A DNA stretch of 64,000 bases from Phallusia mammillata (Eukaryota), in NCBI GenBank assembly GCA_965637545.1, contig OZ281497.1, positions 19,902,001-19,966,000 on the forward strand, given 5' to 3'. The position numbers and the translations under genes are program-made. This document shows positions 54,701 through 64,000 of the stretch, piece after piece. The number at the start of each line of letters is the position of its first letter. Position 1 is the stretch's first letter. The notes under the pieces are model-generated. The model ran no database searches and was not told the DNA's origin. It was given only the letters and a program-made list of their open reading frames with translations.

Positions 54701-55319
54701 GAGTGTGAGCGTCGACCAATCCAGGAAGAACACAGCAACCTGTAGCGTCGATCACGTGATCAAATGATTCTTCACTGAACTGCTTTGTAATCGCCGAGTC
54801 CGTTCCCAGTCCCGCTATGTTACCGTCACTGGTGGTAGACAACACTTGTTAGAATGTTAGATACTTGGTTATGACTCCAGGCTACAAGGACAAACTCTGT
54901 GCTAAAGTCGATAATGCTTAAATGCAGCCCAAATATACGTCATACATGGCTTTTTGTGCGTTTTAAGTCAATAAAAGGTAAATTTACAATAGTAAATTAC
55001 TATTTTATAACAAATTGGCCCCGTTGTGAGACTTGCAAAAAGTCAGTTCATGAATTGCCAAACATTTTTTAGTTGGCTCAATAAGGCGCAAGAACTTTAG
55101 TGTTCATCCAGATCCAGGCATGAATAAATCAAATACGTGACATGTTGTGTCTAGAAACAAAACCCATCTGCATATCACTTACTTGTCGACAGCAATACTT
55201 AAGCCTTCATTGTCCGCGTTCAAGATTGCCACATTTTTCATTTCATTCCCTGTCACTGTGATTTGATTCTGGTCGCATGCTTGCATGACTTGACTTGCCG
55301 ACTTAATCAACAGCTTCAT
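51770..55319 (-). CDS. AMDHD1: Imidazolonepropionase (amidohydrolase domain-containing protein 1), histidine degradation
   Basis: [110 protein letters not shown]. Confidence 0.97.
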
Positions 55320-55607
55320 AGCTAATCTTATCCTACACAACTTACATCACGAATCTGCAAAAAGAAACGTCTGTTGGGTTTATAGTTCGTAGCAAGTCAG
55401 ACTGTTGTGGTTGTTGGTTTAGCGTGGCGCATAAAACCACTTGACTACATGCTTGCAATCAGTCATGCAAGACGCGTACGCCCACATTACACAGATGAAA
55501 AAGGGCAAAAACACTTCTAGCTACAAGCAAAAAATATATAACCGGCAGCTTTACTGAGATCAAAACTGCATTTGAACTTTGAAGAAGCATGAAAACGTAT
55601 ACATATC

Positions 55608-55826
55608 ATTTAATCATAAACATTACTGCCAAGGTAGTGGTGTATAAAGAATACATCGTTCAGATGTTTCAACAAGCTTTTACCTTTTTTTCCTTAGTGC
55701 TTTATATACCGTGTTCTACAGCTTGATTGACAACCTACACTGATGATAACAACAGAGATTGTTGAAACGTCTGAACGATGTATTCTTTATACACCACTAC
55801 CTTGGCAGTAATGTTTATGATTAAAT
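55608..55826. mobile_element. 68-bp near-perfect inverted repeat overlapping an intact hammerhead-like core
   Basis: 55608-55675 is the reverse complement of 55759-55826 (1 mismatch seen). Plus strand 55740-55771 reads CTGATGA-T-AACAA-CAGAGA-TTGTT-GAAAC-GTC. The left arm is an inverted copy truncated inside stem II. Confidence 0.7.
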
Positions 55827-55974
55827 TACTTTTCAAGTCCGTGTATAGTGTTCCTAAGTATACATATCAGTTTATAACTAAAAATTGAGTAATTTAATCA
55901 GGACAATAGTGTTGTATGTTCAAACGTTTGAATAATAAATTTACCATTTTTTTGCCTAAACAGTGGCAAACTTA

Positions 55975-56106
55975 AGGCCCGTTTATGCCGGACGCAGCGT
56001 AACGAAGTTGGGCGAAGTTGAGTGACCTTTCGCTACAATGGATTTCAATGGGAGTGTTTACACCGGACGCAGCCTTCGCTTCGCTGCGTCAAGTGCAAAC
56101 GGGTCT
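55975..56106. mobile_element. PIF/Harbinger-type MITE
   Basis: Ends AGGCCCGTTT / AAACGGGTCT; 3-bp TTA TSD on both sides; internal subterminal repeat CCGGACGCAGC. Confidence 0.75.
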
Positions 56107-56119
56107 TTACTCTTTAGTA

Positions 56120-56459
56120 CAGTGGTTCCCAACCTTTCGTGGACCATGGCCCCCTTAAAGTAACTTTTTGGTCTCGTGGCCCCCTTCAAGTTACCTTGTA
56201 GGACCTGTGGCCCCCTTAAAATGTAGATAGCAATCTCGTGTTGGAATGCGGTATAAAATTTTGGCCCTAAACAGGTCTAATAGAGAAAACAAGCGTGATA
56301 AACCTCACTATAAACAAACAGCATGCGAAATAGTCGATTAAATTTAGGAATAAAGAAAGTTAAAGTGAAAATGACTTTTAGTGGGTATTTCTTGTGAATC
56401 TACGCCCGTGGCCCCCCGGAACACACTGGGGGGCCATGGGCCCTGGTTGGGAACCACTG
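56120..56459. mobile_element. hAT-type MITE
   Basis: TIRs CAGTGGTTCCCAACC / GGTTGGGAACCACTG; perfect TSD CTTTAGTA. Confidence 0.92.
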
Positions 56460-57831
56460 CTTTAGTATTACATTCATTCAAAAATCAAAACCTATGAAAA
56501 ATTATTATAAATTGCATAGCGGAACGTAGCTAAGCAAATAGAAAAAAAATAACAAAACCATTTTAAGTATTTTTCTAACACTATATTAGGTATATACGAA
56601 ACATTCAAATGTGTTGTTTTAACAAGGAGTGTCTATAGTTGATGTAACGATACATAAACAGAAGCTGAACCAAAAACGTGCCATTCCAAATTCATGCTAA
56701 AACAAAAATCTGTTCTTTTTCAATTTATTTTTTGCAAACGTTTTAACAAAGATATATCAACAGTGTAATATAGAAATAAAGCAAGCAATAAAAAAAAATC
56801 TTGGAAATACAAAAAAATATTTTAAGCGTTTTTGTGAACATGGCGAGATACTAAAAATATTTGCAATGTTTTACAATTCAACAAATGGACATATTTTGAA
56901 TAAATATTGTTTGGCTCCAAAAATACAGCACCCTAAGATGCAAATGAACTAAAATGGTAGCAAAGGCAATAGGTTGCACCAAAAAATTGTACAAACATCA
57001 CCAGATAAAAACAGGATACCCCAACAAACTCAAACACAAATTGGAATATCGCGAACTTTGGCAAATATGCTGAGAGACAAGAGACTGGCTACAAAAAATG
57101 GTAGTCATAAAAATGTAAATAAATGTATTGGAACCGGAAAAGTTATGCAAACCGAACGAGGAAAGTCGATTCAGAAACCTATTCTAAGACCGTTGGTGTT
57201 GTATAACTCCAAGACGAGCACTTAAACTGAAAGTAACAAACTTGTGCTGGTAAAAATGTAAAAATCACAGTGAAACCTATTATATTGGTTTGCTTACATG
57301 CAAGCAACACACCGATTTTATCATACTGCATTTATCAAACGGTGTAATTAACATGACACATATATTTAAAACTACTTCCATATTGTTGGTTTGCAACTTT
57401 ATAAGATGTTAAGAAATGCAACACTAAAAGAACAAAAGTTTTTTTTTACCAAGACACCTTCGCAGACCAAACAAGAAACCTAACTTACAACCAAATTAAG
57501 ATGTTTCCACTGCAGTTATCTTACTTGTAACAAACGTAATGTCTGCACCAATTGTATACAATCAGGCACCTAAATCTGTCTAGTACCCCTGTATTACCGA
57601 TTGTACCATACAAAGCTATTGTGTTCATGCTCAAATATGCGGCAATAAACATCTTAAATGGGTTATGGCACTTTTAACAGACACACTAAACGGGAATGGA
57701 ACGGACGGCGCTCGAACCAAAGCATTACAAGTACAACCAACAAATTCATCCTTGTTGATGTCATGTGTGTTCGAAAGTGCAAAGGGCAGGAGTGAAGTGA
57801 ACAAAATAAAATCATGAAGCGAGCATGCGTC

Positions 57832-60800
57832 TCACGTCAACAGAAATGACATGTACTCGTTGGAAGCGGCGCGATCCGGTCTGCGCTGGTTGGAACCGGA
57901 TCCATCGCTAGACGGGGAACCGGTTCTCTGATGACGGGGCTCGGTGAGACGCTGGGCAAGACTGACGTCCAGTTTGTTGCGAAGCTGTTGGCAAAAAAAC
58001 ACTCGGTAAACATAGCAACACACGAGAAAGTATATGTAAGAGGTTCACGGGTTTGTAAAGACCAAAATAAAATTGAAACGTAACAGAGCAACGATGTCGT
58101 TCGGTCAAAGAAATAGACTTGTTAAAAAATACAACATCACTATGGCTTGGTGTTTAAACAGTCAACCATCCAACAATCGTAGTCTACACCAAAAATTAAA
58201 AGACATCGTAATGTTCTACAGATTATTAACGTGTATTATGATTTAACATTTAGACTTTGGGTAATTAAACATTTAAATTGATAATCTAAGTGCGTTATAA
58301 CAGTCAAATTGCCAAATAAATCACTATTTTGTCTCATCTACGCAAATTCTTCGGAATAGCATAGTGCAGTGGTTCCCAACCGGGGAGGAATTTAATTTTT
58401 ACATGTGGTTTGCAAATGGGCACTTAAGCTCTGGGAATATGACCTGTAAAGTTGATATAAGACCAATTTCAAATGATGTTTATGTGGTTTAGCATCTACT
58501 ATGTAGCATAATAGGTGGGAATAAAGAAGATTTGAGTTGTTAGGGAGGAATTCGTCGAAAAAGGTGGGGAATCACTGACATGATGGTTAAACGCGGTCAA
58601 ATAAGTTTCAATTCATGTTTATTTAAATAGGAGCCTGTAACTTTAAACAAGAAACATAACATGAGCTTACATGCGACAAAATTGGATCCGACATTTCCCT
58701 TCGCGGCGTTGACGTCAATATATGATCACGTGACTTTTCCGGGGAGAATCCCTTCGATGACATCATCGTGTGATTGAGGGGGAGTGATCCGCTACCGACT
58801 TTTCCGGCCATCGTTCCACTCATCACGCTCGTGTAAAGGTTCTGATATTTCTTCTGTTCGTGATCAACCTGTATTTTCTGCTTCTCAAGCTCCAGTTTCG
58901 CCCTGTGTGGATATTTGAGTTAACTCAGTCAGCAAATAACTTTGAACGCATCGCACACCATAGATTGTTTCAATAAATCTAATTGTTGTGCAAACTTAAA
59001 ATCACGTTTGCAATTTTGTTTGCTTCTTTTTGTCGTCGAAAGTAAAAAACTTTTTTTTTCTAATTTCCTACATTTTTTAGTCCTATATCAGAAAAAATCT
59101 TTGATTTTACCATCTATTTTATTTTTTTGCATTATTTATTATTTTTTGCAATTACCAATAATTTTTTTGCCGAACACACTAATTTATGCACCGCCCGAAT
59201 TGTGTTACTCGATATTCATTTTTAAGAAACAACTATTTAACGCAACTATGTAACATGTGACACAAAATGAGTAAACCAATTTTGTTACCAACCTCTGCAA
59301 TTCTTCCTGTAACTTAATGTTTTCTCTAACACCGTCTTGTAACTCCCTTCGTCTTCTCTCGCTATCCGGACCATTAGGATTTCCCATTTTTGATTTGAGC
59401 ATTTGAAGTTCTTGTTCGAGTACATAAGCTCTCTCGTTCGCTTCAGCAACTCGTTTCTGCTCGTTCTCAACGCGCATTCGTTCTAAAATCTCGTGAGCAG
59501 CGGCGCGTTCCTGCAAAAATGTGATTTGTCATTATTTTTAAATGAAGAATAATCGACAGGCGTTTTGAAACGAGGTTTTACTGAATAAAGACTACGGAAA
59601 TATAAAGACTACGGTAAACAACAAGAAAGGGGTTTATAATAACCACACCGTTTTGTCAGGATTCATTGGTTTCTACCTCAAGTCACACCTGGATTTGTTA
59701 GTTATTTACATTCCGGTTATTCGCACTATCCATTTAAGTGCATAGCGATTGTGAAACCGTATACTATAACAAATTAAAAATTCGTCCGCCTAATCCAGGG
59801 GTGGGCAACCTTTGTCACTGTGGGGCCAAATACAATTGCAATAATCAGATCGCGGGCCGCACCTTTATATGACACAAGGTGATTTTACTTCGTTGCATAC
59901 CAAAAATGCCTTACTAGAAGTAAAATTCGCATTCGATTCTCGCAGCATATTGTCAGGTCGCAGAAAAATAGCACCAGGCGCACTAATCTGCTCAAAAACA
60001 TACAATAATTGGACTCGTTTGCCAGCACATTTGAAATCCAAGTGTCTCTGCGGGCCGCACAACTTTTATTCAAGGGCCGCATGTGGCCCGCGGGCCGAAG
60101 ATTGCCCACCCCTGGCCTAATCGCACAAAAATCCTTGGGAAATTAGCGATGCGATTAACCGAAACGTTTGCAATACTGAAGTGAAACGCGGATAGGCTCC
60201 TGTCGTTTGTTCAAATTACCGCTGGCTAGTTTTTTTCTAGATTATGTCTTGTGACATGGGAATGCTTGGGAGACCGGCTGAATTAGGTATGAACCCTTCA
60301 ATAGGTTAAATTAGCAAACACAAATCACCTCGAGAAAGTTGTTAACTTGACCGAGTTTGCTGTTTAACTTGGAGTTCACTATGGCGTTGATTTGTTCAGG
60401 AGACGCGCCGGTCTCTGTTGGTCCGGATTGCCTTAACCGCTCGTTTTCTTTTTGAAGCAAATCTCGTTCTCTCTCCAGCTCAGACACCGATGCGTCACTA
60501 CTACATGAGAAAAATCAATATTAAAAAGGCAAGAAAAACACATGACTTTCATTTATCGAGCGATTTTAATGTAACACTTAAGGAAATGCATTAGATGGCA
60601 TAAAACAAAAACCACTCAACATCCACAGTACAAATGTAACAAAAGTCAAAAACTAGTCGCAAACAGTGTTTTGACTATAGCGTTATGTTTAATTTAAAAA
60701 CAGCATTGCGACATCTAACAGTGGTTCTACTAATATTAATATAGATCTATGTCGAATACATAGCATATATCCACTACCATAAGCATATTAGTCCATTACA

Positions 60801-63800
60801 CCACGTTCAAACGTACATTAAGGCGAAAAACTATGTTACTTTTGTTGCGCAATGTTACGTATTTTAATGCCGGTTATGTCACAACATGCACCAAACATTC
60901 CGTTGTGAATCTGTTATCAAATTCCCTTAGCTAGAGCCCGTCCCCTTCGGATTTTATACAACATTGGCTTTTAAGTCCATGCAAAACCTCACTTTCTCGA
61001 AATATCGGCGAGCCTTTCCATTTCCTTGCCGACCCCGTTCCTTGCCCTCGCCTCGTCCCTTAGCTTTTTACTGAGCGAAGTCACGTGACCCTGAAGCTGA
61101 CCAATCGTGTCGTTCAGTCGACGTCGCTCGGCGGAAAAATCGTCAGAAGCTTGCGACAGGCGAAGCTCGAATTCCGATTCGGAGCTTTCGGATTGGAAGC
61201 GCGCCTTCCGTGCAAGTTCGCTGCGGTCATTGGACGGAAATATTTAGCGCTAATATGTGTGTTTTGGTTCTGAATTTCTGGCTTAACGTTCCCAAAACCT
61301 TTAATTTATTGCGCAGATATGCCCGATTTAAGTAAAGCAGGGTTAACAGCTACAACATATGCAAATCTAGTACTATATAGGCAACGCGAATGTTAATTTC
61401 GTTACGAAAGTAACATCTAAAAAGTTCTAAAACACAAAGAAAAAACAAACAAAAAAGCAAAACCAAAAATTACAGGTTTTAGTCAACTTTCCAATAATCA
61501 ATCCTAAAGTGACCTGTTATATTTCACAAGAAACTATCCCAAAATCTATCAAACCAATTAAAACATCTTTACAAACAGCTATTACAATCTTTCACCACCG
61601 ACCTGTACGTCTCAAGCTGATCCTCAAGCTTAGAGCGATGTCGCTTTTGCAAATCCAACTTGCTCTTGTACGATTTACTCTGCTCTGCCGCCCTCGTATA
61701 TTTCGACCGTATGGATTCTAGCCGCGAGATGGCGTCGTTGCGCTCTTTGTCGGCTCTTGCGTATTGGACGTTAAGTTTCGATCTTAATTTCACTTCCTCT
61801 TCCCACATTTTACGGTGACCGTCCGCCTCTGTTTCTAAGATTCTAAATAGAGAAAAAGTGATAAGTGACCAGTAGTTAGATTTTGTGTAAAAATGTAGCA
61901 CCAAACTTTCCACATCCTGCGCGGCTTTAGGAATGCACAAAACAATTGGAAAGTGGGTTGTAATCCACAAAAAAGTCTTTCTGGGTCGAAAATTTAAATT
62001 ACTACTAAATTTCAGGCCAGACGGTTCTAAATAACTAAACCGTCATGTCGTAATATTATATGTATCAACTAAGAGGGTCTTAACTATAGTATTATGATAT
62101 TATAGTCTTTACAAACTTTACAAACTGTGAATACTGTAATAAAATCACAGTACGCCAGGCCCATTGGCGTCATACCGAATCAGCCGGTCACCAAGCATTC
62201 ACCACACTATGAATACTGTAATAAAAAATCGAAATGCATGGAAAAAAACTTTTGGCTCATAAAACACATAAAATACATAAAATACAATTTTAATCAGTGT
62301 AGCGGCCCAAACCTGCATCGGTCAATCTTCTCCTGCATCTTCTGTTCCGCGGCAATCTTGTCTTCCTGGAGGCGGGCGACCAGATCTTCCATCTGCAACC
62401 GGGATCGGGATGTCATCTCCCGACTCGTCTTCATCTCTTCCTCCCGCATCTTGTGTGATGCGACTTCGGATTCAAGTCTGCAAAAAAAGTTATTTAAATT
62501 TTCTGTTAAAATTTCCTGTAATCAGCAAAACTACTTTTGCACTGTTCTGCACCCATACGTGCTTTAATCTTAATTGCGTGTATTTTTTATTGATCCGATT
62601 AAGAATACTGTCTTAAGACGCTTAAACACGAAAAATTAGATCGAATCTGTACTCTTGTTTGGCACCACAATATCGCCCACAACTGCAATTTTTAGGCAGG
62701 CTGTGTACTGTATTTAACTACAATATTAAAGTAGGTTGTGTACACTACTAGACACTACTCTGACAGATCTCTAAATTATGTTAAAAATGCACAAACCAAA
62801 AACGCAAAACAAGTACATTATATCTTTCGGCTGTAAAGTTAGTCAAAAATGTCCCATTTCAAGCAATTTTAGCAGGTTGCCAAATCCTAAATAAAAATCA
62901 AACGCAATTTACCTGGCGTTCGCTGCTTCAGCAGTCTTCAGTCTTTCCTCGAGTTTTTCAATAGTGTTTTTATCGTGTGCACTTATGGTTTCCACAGATT
63001 GTAATCGGTTGTGCGCGTTACTCCCATTCTCACGTGCTTTCTCCAACTCGTTTCTTAAGTCTTCAGCTGCTCTGGTTGATTCCACAAGTCTTGTATCCAA
63101 GTACGAACAACGTTCCTGTAAAGAGAAAAAAGTTTAAGGTTGATAAATCAATAAGTTGTTTCGCAGAAAAAAACTGTTTAGCGATTCCAATGTTGCTACA
63201 GTCTTAACGAAATAGACTTTTTTGAAATGAATCAACAACGCAGTTTGGAGTGGTTCTTGATTGTTGTAATTTTTCACTATCTTTGCGTAATTTTTTTGTA
63301 CAATTCGTAATTTTTGCACATGTTGCATGTTAAGTGGACTTAGCTGCCAATAAACTGAGAACAAAAACGAGATCCGAAAAAAGCAAACTTTTACAGTGTG
63401 TTTCAAGTGGGCATCAGCGCCTCTTTGGGAAATTCGCAATAACAAAAGGAGCGGAGCGTATAAGTAAAATGGGCAATTGGGTGGCATTGGAAAAGAATAC
63501 GCCGCACCTTAAACTGTTGAATTTCGATTTCCATCTTGTTCTTCTCTTCTCGCATTTGTGCCATGGATGGTTCCGTGAAACTCATTCGTTTGTGGGTTTC
63601 AATGTAATCCTGTTGTGCAATAGCAAGTTCCTCTTCCTGTGAACAGGACATGATGGAAAACATGTCTTTTTGACCATTCCAAAAAAACAGTAAAAATAGA
63701 AAAAAATGCACCAATTAATTCTCAACACAGCACTCGGCATTGCAAACAAATTCAAAACATGACTTTTACAGTTTGAAAAATTGAGGCAGTTTGGTTAAAA

Positions 63801-64000
63801 CGTATTGTGAAATGTCCGGGTTTTTAGTGGCACGAAACGCATACAACATCGATAAAACGTACTCTTTTATGACATAACAAAATCCACATTTTTTTCATGA
63901 CATCTAGTTGACAAACCTTTTTCAATTTTTCGTCACTGACTCGCTTTATCTCATCGCGCAAGTGCGACACCTGCTGGTCGAGTTGGGCGTTTCGTTTTTC
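57832..64000 (-). CDS. ANKRD26/CCDC144-like coiled-coil protein, 3' portion (5' end outside window)
   Basis: AQQDYIETHKRMSFTEPSM, ERCSYLDTRL, KMWEEEVKLRSKL, KLGQVNNFLE|ERAAAHEILERMRVEN, EQKKYQNLY and AASNEYMSFL parallel the recalled ANKRD26 C-terminal motifs (QQELADTLKKQSMSEASL, KCLHLDTK, KLKEVNLFLQAQAASQENLEQ, ELEKYKQLY, ASREYVQVL). A further small last exon is possible. Confidence 0.75.
58367..58577. mobile_element. Older hAT-type MITE in ANKRD26-like intron
   Basis: Ends CAGTGGTTCCCAACC / GGTGGGGAATCACTG; TSD degenerate (GCATAGTG vs ACATGATG). Confidence 0.65.
59796..60114. mobile_element. hAT-type MITE in ANKRD26-like intron
   Basis: TIRs CAGGGGTGGGCAA / TTGCCCACCCCTG; perfect TSD GCCTAATC. 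Confidence 0.9.
62145..62209 (-). mobile_element. 65-bp 5'-truncated non-LTR-type insertion with 17-bp TSD
   Basis: Flanked by TGAATACTGTAATAAAA at 62128-62144 and 62210-62226; homologous to 34885-34927. Confidence 0.7.

Noticed and set aside
57832-57840. Definitive stop of the ANKRD26-like gene
   Set aside because: The TGA overlaps a possible AC|GTGAGA donor, so a small extra terminal exon cannot be excluded; the end coordinate is left tentative.

Overview
AT-rich, compact, intron-dense animal genomic DNA with many 55-100 nt GT-AG introns. It most resembles an ascidian/tunicate-type genome, but that is inference from style only. Left 21 kb is an accessory zone: two SDR16C-type dehydrogenase paralogs (the first frameshifted) flank a tandem cluster of type II transmembrane EGF-repeat/C-type lectin genes (two intact, plus decayed fragments) and a young, full-length but mutated Gypsy LTR retrotransposon. 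The rest is a run of conserved genes: TMEM205, GINS4, ARMC9, U2SURP, an uncharacterised LRR protein, CIAO1, AMDHD1 and the 3' part of an ANKRD26/CCDC144-like coiled-coil gene. About a dozen hAT MITEs with 8-bp TSDs, a Harbinger MITE, a foldback-like element, a SINE-like element and two tiny TPRT-like insertions are scattered through it. The most striking unexplained signal is a dispersed family of minimal hammerhead-ribozyme-like motifs (CUGAUGA-N-stem II-GAAAC-GUC) at three loci. Their helices differ in sequence but keep their pairing, and two loci sit in long inverted repeats reminiscent of Penelope-like element termini. All exon models were read by hand, so boundaries may be off by a few bases.
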